A stretch of DNA of 62,966 bases, counting the filler, from Thraustochytrium aureum (lineage: Eukaryota): assembly GCA_012862495.1 (NCBI GenBank). It is 5 parts of 3 records of this genome, joined end to end, with 100 filler letters (N's around TTAATTAATTAA, not from the genome) between each part and the next. Parts side by side here need not be neighbours in the genome. Positions count along the whole stretch, not along the records: positions 1 to 23,183 come from BLSG01000326.1; positions 23,284 to 55,240 come from BLSG01000329.1; 3 more parts are not named here. One strand, written 5' to 3'. Both the position numbers and the translations under genes were made by a program. This document shows positions 12,648 through 24,337 of this stretch, in pieces. The notes under the pieces were generated by a model. That model saw only the letters and a list, made by a program, of their open reading frames with translations. It did not search any database and was not told where the DNA came from. The number at the start of each line of letters is the position of its first letter. Position 1 is the stretch's first letter.

Positions 12648-13229
12648 GCGCACCGCCCTCGAGCGCGAAAAGGTACGAAGCTTGAGCGCGAGATCAAAAA
12701 GCTCGCCAAGCAGAACGAGATGGCTGCCGTGCGCGTCATGGCCAAGGACCTCGTTCGGACGCGGCAGTACATCTCCAAGTTTCACGTGATGAAGTCCAAC
12801 CTCCAGTCGCTCTCGCTCAAGCTGCAGACGATGAAGACCAGTCACGAGATGGGCATGGCCATGGGCAAGATGACCAAGGCGATGAAGCGCATGAACAAAA
12901 AGATGAACGTCAACACCATCAACAAGATCGTCCGCGAGTTTGAGATGGAGAACGAGAAGACTGAAATGACCGAGGAAATGATGTCTGACGCCATCGGCGA
13001 TGCCTTTGATGACGGAGAGACTGAGGAGGAAGAGGACAAGATTGTCGCGCAAGTGCTCGACGAGATAGGCGTCAGTCTGACCGAGGACCTGCAGGCGGCG
13101 CCAAGCGCGCCGGTGGGCGCTTCTGCGCTGCAGGAGAAGGCCGGCGCCGAGCCGGTGGCGGCCGAGGCGGAGGACGCCGCTGTTTCCGACCTCGAGGCGC
13201 GCCTGAATAATTTGCGGCGCGGGAACTGA
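12648..13229 (+). CDS. VPS2: ESCRT-III subunit Vps2/CHMP2, 5'-partial
   Basis: IKKLAK.NEM.AVRVMAKDLVRTR, AMGKMTKAMKRMNKKMN, MM.DAI.DA, IVAQVLDEIG and C-terminal MIM1 DLEARLNNLRR. Confidence 0.93.
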   Translation, partial: AHRPRARKGTKLEREIKKLAKQNEMAAVRVMAKDLVRTRQYISKFHVMKSNLQSLSLKLQTMKTSHEMGMAMGKMTKAMKRMNKKMNVNTINKIVREFEMENEKTEMTEEMMSDAIGDAFDDGETEEEEDKIVAQVLDEIGVSLTEDLQAAPSAPVGASALQEKAGAEPVAAEAEDAAVSDLEARLNNLRRGN

Positions 13230-14035
13230 TGAGTTTGTAGCGTGGCCGGCGGGCAAGTAAAAACAGCCTTGTTTCCCCTCCTGGCCGGCGCTGCTCGGGT
13301 TGTTGCAGGTACTTAGGTAGCTCTGGGTAGAGCCACTTTCAATCGATCAAGAGCGCGAGTCTGCGGGGCGCACGCGCGTCCGCCACCGAGGCGGGTCCGA
13401 CTTGCTTCCGCCGCTCGCCACACGGACAAGCCAAAGGCCACAAGGAGGGTTCCCAGGCGCTTGCTGGCGCGCCAAACGCTCGACAAACAAGACGCCAGGA
13501 CACAGACGCCAGCTCGACCCAGTCAAGCGCCCAAGGTGCAACACAGTATTGAACGTCAAGAGTCGCCACGTGTGCCTTTTGCGTTTCGGATCCTTGCGCT
13601 CGTCACGGGACGAAAGGGATGGTCCGTGGACCATGGCCCTTGCTGCTGCGAGCAACTTGCTGTGGCCAAGGAGGACCTCCTTGCTGTGGCCCACGACCCC
13701 ATCAACCACTGGCAGGCCGGATGGGCCGGGGCCTGACTGGCTGTCGTCACGTGGCGGCTGATGTGCTGAAATTTCACAGAAAGAATTTTCTGTCAGTTTT
13801 CTGCGCACCTGCATTGGCCGGGCGCGTTGGTCTCGAGTCTCGACACAGAAAGCGCGCAGACAGCACACAGAAAAGCGCTCTCAGGCTGTTCTGATCACCA
13901 CCGCTTGTCTTGTCTGTGGTCTGCTCAACAGAATGCCGACCGTGACAGACCCCAATCGACGAGATCCCAGAATTCAGACCCACCGTTGTGCAGAGACTCG
14001 GACTGGTCGTGACAAGTCGCGGGAAGGAGCAGAGA

Positions 14036-14422
14036 ATGGCAGCTCGTCTTGTCCAGGGCGGCCGCCGCTTCCTGAGCACCGCCGCAGCCCCAGAGCTCCA
14101 AGAGGCCGTCGCCTGCCCAGCCGAGATCCGCTCGTTGTACCGGCGCTTCCTGCGCGCCAGCCGTGCGTTCGGGGACTCTGGTTTGGTAAGTGGTTGCACT
14201 GGCGCTGTCGCAGCCTGCGTGGCGGGCGCTGACCGACGCGCGCAGAAGGAGTACGTGCAGCGCAAGACGTTCACCGAGTTTCGCACGGGCCGCGACGCTG
14301 ACCCTGCCGAGGTGCCGCTGCTGCTCTCCAAGGCGCACGAGCAGCTCGCGGTCGTCGAGCGCCAGGCCAACATCGGCAAGCTGTTCACGCGCTCGCCCTC
14401 CATCACGCAGATCCGCCGTTGA
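14036..14422 (+). CDS. LYR-motif protein, ISD11/LYRM4-like; exons 14036-14185 and 14246-14422
   Basis: SLYRRFLRASRAF..|KEYVQRK...EFR...AHEQLAVVERQANIGKLF. Intron 14186-14245 (GTAAGT...GCTGAC...CAG). Arg-rich presequence-like N-terminus. Confidence 0.75.
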   Translation: MAARLVQGGRRFLSTAAAPELQEAVACPAEIRSLYRRFLRASRAFGDSGLVSGCTGAVAACVAGADRRAQKEYVQRKTFTEFRTGRDADPAEVPLLLSKAHEQLAVVERQANIGKLFTRSPSITQIRR

Positions 14423-14524
14423 AGGGCAAGCTGTTCACGCGCTCGCCCTCCATCACGCAGATCCGCCGTTGAAGGGCAAGCTGTTCACGCGCTCGCCCTC
14501 CATCACGCAGATCCGCCGTTGAAG
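14375..14524 (+). repeat. Perfect 50-bp tandem repeat x3, running into a gap
   Basis: GGCAAGCTGTTCACGCGCTCGCCCTCCATCACGCAGATCCGCCGTTGAAG at 14375, 14425 and 14475, with no spacers. Confidence 0.95.
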
Positions 14525-15016
14525 NNNNNNNNNNNNNNNNNNNNNNNNNNNNNNNNNNNNNNNNNNNNNNNNNNNNNNNNNNNNNNNNNNNNNNNNNNNN
14601 NNNNNNNNNNNNNNNNNNNNNNNNNNNNNNNNNNNNNNNNNNNNNNNNNNNNNNNNNNNNNNNNNNNNNNNNNNNNNNNNNNNNNNNNNNNNNNNNNNNN
14701 NNNNNNNNNNNNNNNNNNNNNNNNNNNNNNNNNNNNNGTACGCAGAAAAAGCGGCCCTGGATGTGAGGGGGGGGAAGGGCGATTGCGCAAGACTCGGCCA
14801 GGCGGGTCTCGCAAGCGCGCCACCCTGCGTACGCCCTGCTGTTGGGACCGCCTCAATCGGTTTTGGGCGGGCGCGAACGAGCTCCACAAGATAGATCGCT
14901 CGCACTTGTGGAGACGCGCCAGAGCCCGTTCGCCTCCGCTCGGCGGCGAACGACCGAGCGACCGCGCAAACAGAGCGTCGAGCAGCCTCACAGAAAAGGC
15001 CTGCCAGCAAGCAGAC

Positions 15017-18000
15017 ATGGGTGCCCTGCGCGAAGCCCTCTGCGGGTCGTCGAGCGACTCCGTGCGACCCGACGGAGTCAAAATGCACCCGATCGAGTCG
15101 GCATCCTACCTGTCGTTCCTGTTCCTGCACTGGCTCCAGCCGATCATCAGCCTCGGGGCTAGGCGCCCGCTCGAGCTCAGTGACCTGCCCGACGTTCCGC
15201 TCAACGTCAAAGCCGCCCAGGCCGGCACCCGCCTTGAAGCAGCGTACAATTCGCGGCTAGCGCGTGCGCGCGCTGCTGCCGCCGCCAAGGGCCTCGACAC
15301 AAATGAGGTGCGCGTGAACTTTCTCCTCGTGCTCGGTCGCTGCTTCCTTTTCGAATGGCTTTGGGGCGGTTTTTTCCTCATTCTCTACGTCGCCGCTTCT
15401 GTGGTGAGCCCCCTGGTGCTCCAGGCGCTGCTCAGCGCTCTCAACGAGCCGGAGGACTACGCCGCCAACCCGTTCATGGGAATCCAGACCAAGGGCGGCA
15501 TCGTGGGCGCTCTCGTCTGCTGCCTTCTGGTGTCTGCCTTTAGCGCAAACACAGGCTTTATGCTACTCTCGTACCTTGGCGTGCAAATGCGCGCCGCCAT
15601 CATGTTCAACGTGTTTCGGAAGAGCTTGCGCCTGAGCCCCACCGTCACGCAGGGCAGCTCGAACGGGGAAATTGTAAACCTTATGTCAAACGACAGCGAG
15701 CGCATCTTCTTCGCGCTGCTCACCTCGCACATGATCTGGATCTCGCCAGTGCTGATTGTGGTCGTAATTGGCCTGCTCTTTGACCTCGTGGGCTTTGCTG
15801 GCCTAGCCGCCCTCGTGCTCGTTGTCCTCATTTTCCCTGTCCAGATCCGCCTTGGGCAAGAGATTGGCCGCAAGAAGCGGCGCATGCTCGCCATCACCGA
15901 CTTGCGCGTCGGTGTCACGGCAGAGGCGCTCTCGGGGATCAACGTGATCAAGATGAACGCGTGGGAGCCGCAAATGTCGGCCCGCGTCCAGGCCGAGCGC
16001 AGAATGGAGATGCGCCTTGGCCGCAACGTGCTTTTCCTCTTCACTATCAACAACTGGCTGCTGTTCATCGCGCCGACGCTCATCGCGCTCGCCATTTTCA
16101 CCGTGGTGGCGCTTTCTGGCGAGCAAGAGCTCACTCTCGTCCGAGTCTTTACAGTGCTGGCTTTTGTGAATGTGCTGCGCTTTCCGTTCATGATCCTTCC
16201 TCGCGCCATCGCCGCGCTAGCGCAAGCGATGGTCTCTGGGGAGCGCATCGAGCGCTTCCTTCGACTTGCCGAAATCAGCCGCCTACAGCCACCTCCCCCT
16301 GACGCGGCGCTTTGCAAGGCCCAGCCTTCCGCCCTGATCGAGCCGCTCGACAAGGTGGACCAAGCGCCTCGCGAGCCGCCAGTCGTTGTGGACATCAGGA
16401 ACGGCAACTTCACCTGGGAGGACCCGAACAACCTCGCCGGAGATTCGCCAAAGCCCGTTCTCCGAAACATCAATCTACAAGTGCGCCAGGGAGAACTCGT
16501 CGCGATTGTCGGTCGCGTGGGGGGCGGCAAATCGAGTCTTCTGTCGGCCATCCTCGGAGAGATCGGCACGTTGTCGGGCTCTGTCAGTGTGTGCCCGGCC
16601 GAAGGACGCCATGCCAAAGCCGCTCATGTGGCCGACGACACGGACGCGAAACCGCGGGGGGGCAACATGGGCTCCAAGGCCGAAGCGCTCTTGGCCGACA
16701 CTCCATCGTTCAACTTTGCAGGAGGGCAAAGTGTCCTCAACGCGAGTGCGAATGCGAACAATGTGGCGCGCAAGGGCATTGCGTATGTGAGCCAGGAAGC
16801 CTGGATCCAGAACGCGACGCTGCGCGAAAACATCTTGTTCCAGAGCGCCGAGACTGTCTCCGCTCTCAAGGTAGCCGAGGGCGCTCATGATGGCCTCGCT
16901 GCAAGCGTGGCTCCTGTGGACGAGGCGCTTTTCCGCAGCTGCGTACGGGCGACAGAGCTCAAACCAGACATTCGCATATTGCCGCACGGATTGGCCACCG
17001 AAATTGGCGACCGCGGCGTCAACCTGAGCGGCGGACAAAAGGCCCGTAAGTTTTTCCTCGCATCGGCATCGCCCCGCATTGCCCCGCATCGCCCCGCATC
17101 GCGGACGTGCCCAGCCGGAACGCGTTGCTGACAGGTGAAACGCAGGCGTCGCCATCGCGCGGGCGTTGTATCGCACCTTGCGCCACGACCTGGACCTAGT
17201 TCTTGTCGACGACGCCTTCTCCGCACTCGACCCAGGCGTCGGCCTCAAGGTCTTCAAACACTTACTCCTCGATCTCCTAGACGGTCGGACGCGCATCGTT
17301 GTCCTCAACTCACAGATGCACCTGTTGGAGCGGTTCGACAGGATCGTGGCCGTTCAAGACGGCGAGATCGTCCTCAACGCACCGGCGAATCAAGCGCTCA
17401 ACGACCCACTCCTGCACGAGATTATTTTGCTCGGCAAGGCCCGGGATGAGGATGAAGCTTCAGAGTGCCCCGCGCTGCAGGTCTCTGACGATGATGCCGC
17501 AAAGACGGCCGCATGCGGCCCAGCGAGCGGCGCGCCATCACGGGACAGCGGCGGCGAAGACGAGGGCGACGAGGGCGACGGTGGCAACCTGGACACAATT
17601 GCAACCGAAGGGGACGAGCACGCCCCCGTCGAAAGCGCCGCCCACGAAGAAAGGCTCGCCAGTGCGCTGTCGGCCGAGAGGGACTCGACTCTCCTCGGCA
17701 TGACTGCTGCGCAAGCGTCCGCAAAGGAGGTGGAGGGGCGCTTGTACGGAGACGAGAACCGCAAGCGCGGCAAGCTCAACTTTAGCAACTATGCGATCTG
17801 GCTCAAGGCTGCCGGGTGCAACTCCTCCCTCCTTGTCTTCGTCCTCGTCGTGCTCTTTGCAGGGGGGCAATCACTAAAGGTGGCAAGCGAGTACTGGCTT
17901 GGGGTCTGGTCCGATGAGCAGCTCGACATCAAGTACGGGCTTGGGGTCTTTGGCGGGCTCGTTGCTAGCATGGCTGTGTTTGTCCTTGCCCGTGGACTCC

Positions 18001-19502
18001 TTTTCATGTCGGTTGCTGCACGAAGTGCCGTGAGCTTACACAATGGGCTTATCATAAACCTGCTGCGCGCCCCCGTCAACCTGTTTTTTGACGTGACGCC
18101 CGCCGGACGTATCCTCAACCGCATCTCCAACGACCTCGACAAAGTGGACCAGTTCTTGCCCGAGACGTTCTACAACTTCCTCAGCAACCTGCTGCAGGTG
18201 ATCAGCACGGTCATACTCTGCGCCGTGGCCAGTCCGTACTTTTTGCTGTTCTTGGCTCCAGTGGTCGTCCTATTTTGGTACTTTGGTGCGTACTTTAGCC
18301 GCACGAGTCGCGAGCTCAAGCGGATCGAGTCTGTGTCGCGATCCCCGCTCTACAGCAACTTTGCCGAGGTGCTCGCTGGAATCAGCACAGTTCGTGCCTT
18401 TGTGCTCGAGTCGGCGCTCAACCGAAAGAACGAATACCTCATCGACAACAACGCAAGGGCGTTCCTGCTCTTCTGGATGGCAGCGCGCTGGCTCGCGCTG
18501 CGACTCGACCTGCTCATCACGTTGCTGCAGTCGTCAGTAGCCCTCCTCGCGGTCCTTTTGGGAGACCAGCTCGACGCGAACGTTACGGCGCTCGCGCTCA
18601 TCTACGCCATGCAGCTCACGGGCCTGCTCCAGTTCACCATCAGGCTCAGCGTCGAGACAGAGAATGCGTTCACGTCCGTGGAGCGCCTGTGGCACTACAC
18701 GACCTCGATCCCGCAAGAGCGCCCTGCGCGCGTCGCAGGCGTGGACCCTGCCGCCGCAGAATGGCCGACTCGCGGATCGATAGAGTTCCAGGACGTCAGT
18801 CTCAGGTACAGGCCCAACCTTGACCTCGTCCTGCACCGCGTGAGCTTTCGTATCGAAGGCGGGGAAAAGGTCGGCATTTGCGGTCGCTCGGGGGCAGGAA
18901 AAAGCACCATCTCGGCCGCCCTGTTCCGCCTCGTCGACCCGCTAGAAACGGGCCGCGTCCTCATCGACGACGTGGACGTGTCGACCATCGGGCTGGCTGC
19001 GCTGCGAGAGCAGGTGGGCATCATTCCGCAGCAGCCCGTCATCTTCTCCGGCTCGCTGCGCTTCAACCTTGACCCGTGGGGCCGCCATTCAGACCGCGCG
19101 ATCAAAGACGCGCTGGACAGGGTTCAGCTCTCCCGCTTGGGAACAGAAAACATGGGACTGGACCTTGTGCTGCACGACAAAGGCCAAAACCTGAGTATCG
19201 GCGAGCGCCAGCTCATTTCCATCGCGCGTGCCATCCTGCAAGGTGCACGTCTCGTCATGAGCGACGAGGCGACTGCCAACATTGACAGCGCCACCGACGC
19301 GCTCATCCAGCAGACGATCCGCCACGAGTTTCGCGACCAGACCCTCTTGGTTATCGCGCACCGGATGCAAACCATCGTAGACTCGGACAAGATCCTCGTG
19401 CTCAGCTTTGGCGCGGTTGCCGAGTTTGACGCGCCGGCCAATCTCATTGCGCGGCCAGACTCGCTCTTCGCCAGCATGCTGCGCGAGTCGCAAATGACCT
19501 AA
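15017..19502 (+). CDS. ABC transporter subfamily C (MRP-like, TMD-NBD-TMD-NBD); exons 15017-17045 and 17146-19502
   Basis: NBD1: GRVGGGKS, EIGDRGVNLSGGQKAR|VAIARALY, LVDD. NBD2: GRSGAGKS, NLSIGERQL, DEATANID, IAHR. TMD2: FFDVTPAGRILNR. Intron 17046-17145. Confidence 0.96.
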
Positions 19503-20068
19503 GCAAGGAAGCCCCGATGTGTTGGTTGTGGTCGGATCCTGCTTGGNNNNNNNNNNNNNNNNNNNNNNNNNNNNNNNNNNNNNNNNNNNNNNNNNNNNNN
19601 NNNNNNNNNNNNNNNNNNNNNNNNNNNNNNNNNNNNNNNNNNNNNNNNNNNNNNNNNNNNNNNNNNNNNNNNNNNNNNNNNNNNNNNNNNNNNNNNNNNN
19701 NNNNNNNNNNNNNNNNNNNNNNNNNNNNNNNNNNNNNNNNNNNNNNNNNNNNNNNNNNNNNNNNNNNNNNNNNNNNNNNNNNNNNNNNNNNNNNNNNNNN
19801 NNNNNNNNNNNNNNNNNNNNNNNNNNNNNNNNNNNNNNNNNNNNNNNNNNNNNNNNNNNNNNNNNNNNNNNNNNNNNNNNNNNNNNNNNNNNNNNNNNNN
19901 NNNNNNNNNNNNNNNNNNNNNNNNNNNNNNNNNNNNNNNNNNNNNNNNNNNNNNNNNNNNNNNNNNNNNNNNNNNNNNNNNNNNNNNNNNNNNNNNNNNN
20001 NNNNNNNNNNNNNNNNNNNNNNNNNNNNNNNNNNNNNNNNNNNNNNNNNNNNNNNNNNNNNNNNNNNN

Positions 20069-21140
20069 CATGACCATGAGCACCATGACCACGGCCATCA
20101 GCATGTTGCCGACGAGTGCCAAGCAGATGATTCGAGAATTTCGTGCGGCGCAAAAGCGACAAACAACCCGAACAGCTGGCAGGAAGCCTTCGCGGGGACG
20201 GTAGCCATCACTCTTGGAGGCAACGCAGTGATCCTGCTCTTCATTCAGCATGACATTCCGAAAGCATACCTGAACATGATGCTCGCCTTTGCTGCGGGTG
20301 CGCTGCTGGGCGATGTCTTCCTCCATCTCCTGCCCCACGCGATGGAGGCACAGCATGGCGGCCACGACCACAACTCGCACGGACATGCTCACGACCATGG
20401 GCAGGCGCACGAGCACGCTCACGACCTCACCCTCGGACTCGCCGTCCTGAGCGGGATTCTCTGCTTTTTCGTCATGGAGAAGCTGTTGCGCCTCGCTGGC
20501 CAAGGCGGCCACGGGCACAGCCATGGTGGTAACGGAAAACCTTCGTCTGCGGGAAAGGAGACAGCAAGCCAGCATGGGGAGCAACTCGTTTTTGGGATCA
20601 AGCCCGCGGCAATCCTCAACATGACGGGCGACGCGTTGCACAACTTCACCGACGGAATGAGCATCGCCGCAGCGTTCCAGTCCTCGCAGAGCCTGGGTCT
20701 CACGGTGACAGTTGCAATGCTGCTGCACGAGATCCCGCACGAGGTGGGCGACTATGCGGTCTTGATCAGCCAGGGGTTCTCGCGCTGGGGCGCCTTCAAA
20801 GCGCAGTTTGTGTCGGCCCTGGGAGCCATGCTGGGTTGCTGGTTTGGGCTTGTTGTGAGTAGCTCGCAGCCCACGTTTGTATTGTCCTTCACTGCTGGCG
20901 GGTTTATCTACATTTCAATGTGCTCAATTTTGCCCGAGCTGCTCGAGGAAACGGGAAGCAACGTGGGCAGCATCGTGGCACAGTTTTCCTGCATGTGTGT
21001 TGGGTAAGTTGAGTTGCTTGCAGAGCACTAGGTCGGGTCTGATGATGCGTGCGCGGCAGGGCGCTCTGCCCCGTTGCTGACGCGAGCGCGAGCGCAGCAT
21101 CTGCATGATGGTCCTCATAGCGATGCACGAGCCACACTGA
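20069..21140 (+). CDS. ZIP-family zinc transporter, His-rich ZIP7/KE4/Catsup type, 5'-partial
   Basis: AFAAGALLGDVFLHLLPHA, His-rich loops, DALHNFTDG, LLHEIPHEVGD, FTAGGFIYI. Intron 21004-21097; last exon ends EPH-stop at 21140. Confidence 0.93.
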
Positions 21141-21917
21141 GGGAGCGCAGCGGGTTGCCGAGGTCGACGGTGCGCCCCTGCGAGGGCAGAGTGGCACGAT
21201 GCCACTCCTCTTGAGAGGTAGCTACAGAGCAAGAGAAAGGTTGTTTCAGGATACGCGCCGCCCTGCCCGCCTGCTAGTCGACCTTGAGTTTGCCGCCGGG
21301 CGCAAACTGCCGCGCAAGGGGCTCGCTCCCGAAAACCACCACGACGAGCCCAAGCATGCACANNNNNNNNNNNNNNNNNNNNNNNNNNNNNNNNNNNNNN
21401 NNNNNNNNNNNNNNNNNNNNNNNNNNNNNNNNNNNNNNNNNNNNNNNNNNNNNNNNNNNNNNNNNNNNNNNNNNNNNNNNNNNNNNNNNNNNNNNNNNNN
21501 NNNNNNNNNNNNNNNNNNNNNNNNNNNNNNNNNNNNNNNNNNNNNNNNNNNNNNNNNNNNNNNNNNNNNNNNNNNNNNNNNNNNNNNNNNNNNNNNNNNN
21601 NNNNNNNNNNNNNNNNNNNNNNNNNNNNNNNNNNNNNNNNNNNNNNNNNNNNNNNNNNNNNNNNNNNNNNNNNNNNNNNNNNNNNNNNNNNNNNNNNNNN
21701 NNNNNNNNNNNNNNNNNNNNNNNNNNNNNNNNNNNNNNNNNNNNNNNNNNNNNNNNNNNNNNNNNNNNNNNNNNNNNNNNNNNNNNNNNNNNNNNNNNNN
21801 NNNNNNNNNNNNNNNNNNNNNNNNNNNNNNNNNNNNNNNNNNNNNNNNNNNNNNNNNNNNNNNNNNNNNNNNNNNNNNNNNNNNNNNNNNNNNNNNNNNN
21901 NNNNNNNNNNNNNNNNN

Positions 21918-22985
21918 GCCAAGAATACGATTGCGCCCAGCACAGGCGTCTCGGGCATGCGGGCCCCCGACACGGCCGTCAGCACCTCGTCCGTCGCGCG
22001 GTGCGGCCCAGCCTGAAAGCGCTCCTCGCTTGCCTGTCCCCCAAGTTGAGGCTGTATCCGCTGACATCGCGACGTCATCAGAATGCTCCATGCTCCGATA
22101 AAGCTGCGCGGCAACGCTGAGCACGGTCACCGTAGAGGTGCTACTGACAGAAAACACTGCTGTCGCAGGCGCCTGGCCCGGCTCGATCTCGAAAGCAACG
22201 CTACCGGCCGGGTTATCGCCCAGGTTGAGGAGGAGCGCCTCCTGCACAATGACGGCGTTGCTCTCCGCCGCGCTCGCACCGCGATAAACGCACCACTCAA
22301 CCTGGGCAGCAAGGTTGCCGAGCTTGCCGAATGTGGCGGTTTTCAGCACGTTGCGGAATGCAGTCGTGACCTGGTTCCCCCCGGTGCTCTGAGGTCGCTG
22401 ACCGGCAGAGTCTTTCCTGGGGGACTTTGGACTCGTGGCCGGGCTTGCAGCGGCGCCCACAGCGCTGTCCAGCCCGTTTGCGCCTCTGAACGTGTATGTG
22501 TACATGATGTACTTGCCAGCCGGCAGATTGCACACCACCTGAGAGCTGTCAGGGTCGAAACGAGTGAGGGAAACATGGTCAACGAAGACGCGGCGCTCCT
22601 TGCACGAGCTAAGCCGCCACACGGTCTCCCACTCGCCCGACTCGCGCCTGCTGTCGCGGTTGGTACCCGCGTGCTTGCTGTCAACATCCTCGCGGTTGTC
22701 ACTCTCGCTCCCTTGGTCGCGCGGCGGCTCAAACCCAGGGTCGAGCCCAGCGACCAGGGCGATGTACTTTTCTTCTGCCTCGGGAGCCGAGGTGCCGCGC
22801 ATCGCTTCCCACGCTTTCCACTTGGCATGCTCGACGGGCTTGAGCCACGAGGGCTCCTCGGCGCTGTCGCAGTCGCCCGCGGTTGCCTGCTTGTAGGCGC
22901 CATACAGCCGCAATTTGGCGTTGTTGTCAGGCTTGAGCGTCTTGGCGTGCTCGGCAGCAGCCGTGAACGCCGCAGAGCGCGCCAT
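21918..22985 (-). CDS. Acyl-CoA-binding (ACBP) domain protein with an uncharacterised beta-rich C-terminal region, 3'-partial
   Basis: F..AAE.AK.L..DNNAKLRLYGAYKQAT.GDC...KW.AW...G.S..EA..KYI.LV ACBP signature from ATG 22985. Confidence 0.85.
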
Positions 22986-23115
22986 CTCGCTGCGCAGCCG
23001 GCCTGGTCGCGAGCCCGGGCCCTCAACGAGCGCGAGGTCGCGCCTCGCTCGGCGGCGACCGCAGGCACGAGCAGAAAGCTGACAACCGGGAAACGCCCAG
23101 ACGGCAGCCAGCCGA

Positions 23116-23176
23116 GCAACCAGCGCGGGCGGCAACCAGCGCGGGCGGCAACCAGCGCGGGCAGCAACCAGCGCGG
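23116..23176. repeat. 16-bp tandem repeat, about 3.8 copies
   Basis: GCAACCAGCGCGGGCG units next to a contig end. Confidence 0.85.
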
Positions 23177-23183
23177 CGGCGGC

Positions 23184-23283
23184 NNNNNNNNNNNNNNNNN
23201 NNNNNNNNNNNNNNNNNNNNNNNNNNNTTAATTAATTAANNNNNNNNNNNNNNNNNNNNNNNNNNNNNNNNNNNNNNNNNNNN
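23184..23283. other. Artificial 100-nt scaffold linker (44N-TTAATTAATTAA-44N)
   Basis: Six-frame stop 12-mer centred in Ns; the identical structure occurs four times. Confidence 0.97.
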
Positions 23284-23601
23284 CAGCGCGTAAGACTTGA
23301 ACGTCTTCTCCATGATGCGCAGCACGGTGGCGTACTCGTCCTCCTCGCGTTTGCGCTTTTCCCCTGGCGGGGGAAGCGCTGCCGCGGCAGCCTGGACCTT
23401 GGCCAGCACCTCGGGGCTTGCCAGGAACAGGTCCAGCTCCTTTTTCGACTTGGCGAGGGCGTCGCGGTCGTTGCCCTCGAGGTTCATCTTTGTCGACCAA
23501 AAGTGCGACTCGAACGCTTGATGCAGCTCCAGGTACTTGCTGTTCACCTCCGAGATCACCTTGGCGGCCTCGCCCCTGCCCTCCGCGTCCTGGCCGCCCA
23601 T
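23284..23601 (-). CDS. N-terminal fragment of a probable M3-family metallopeptidase (bacterial-like oligoendopeptidase type)
   Basis: VNSKYLELHQAFESHFWSTKMNL...LDLFLAS resembles, from recall, the LN..YL.LH...E..FW...M N-terminus of such peptidases. The catalytic HExxH motif is not in the sequence. Confidence 0.5.
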
Positions 23602-24337
23602 CCTGGCAAGCGGTCTCGCCAGCGGAAAGCGGAGGACGCTGTGGCCGCCGAATCCCTTACCAAACCCTTTCTGCTGCCGAGACAGACGCTGCTGAGGCAG
23701 ACGCGCAGAGCCTTCGAGCTCGAACCTGCTGCTCGTCTCCGCCGACCTTTCGCGCTCTGCTTGCTGCCTGAGCCCGCAGGCCGTTTTCGTTCACAAATGA
23801 GCAAGGCAGCCCGTTGCCACAAAGAAGATACAAGTTGCCTGCGACAGGCTAGGCGCACGGTGGTCCCGGTTAGGTTCACCTAGGTTACGAAACTGCAAGC
23901 CGCGAAACAGGCTAAGAGCTCGTATTTCGCCAAAGCCGACAGACTAAGAGCCCAAATTAAGCGGTTAGGTTAGTGCAGGTTTAGTTAGAACATAGGCGCG
24001 AAGGTGAAGGGTCCATCGCCGACGTGTTCTTGATCGTGCTTCTGGCGCTGCAGGCGGCGCATTGTCGCGGCGTTTGATGGGCGCGCGGGCGTCGAGCGCG
24101 CCGTGAGCAGTGCGGATTGGCGCGGGAGCGAGCGGCTATCGCTCCACGCGCGATAGTTGCTGCTTGGGCCTGCAGGCGCGAAGGCACGGCGCCGGTCCGC
24201 GCAACAGGGCGTCGAACGGGATTTTTATTGTGTTTTTTGGCGGACCGCCAGGCCTCCGTGGACTGTCTGTGCTGCAGGCCGTTCCGGCGGTCGTCGCGGA
24301 GGCGCCCGGGCGTTGAAGGAAGGAGGGTGGGGGGATC

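Noticed and set aside
13339..13900. Gene on the minus strand between VPS2 and the LYR gene
   Set aside because: Several overlapping short ORFs are present, but none has recognisable motifs or consistent codon bias.
14375..14524. CRISPR-like array
   Set aside because: The units are contiguous with no spacers, derive from a coding 3' end, and there are no cas genes in this eukaryotic context.
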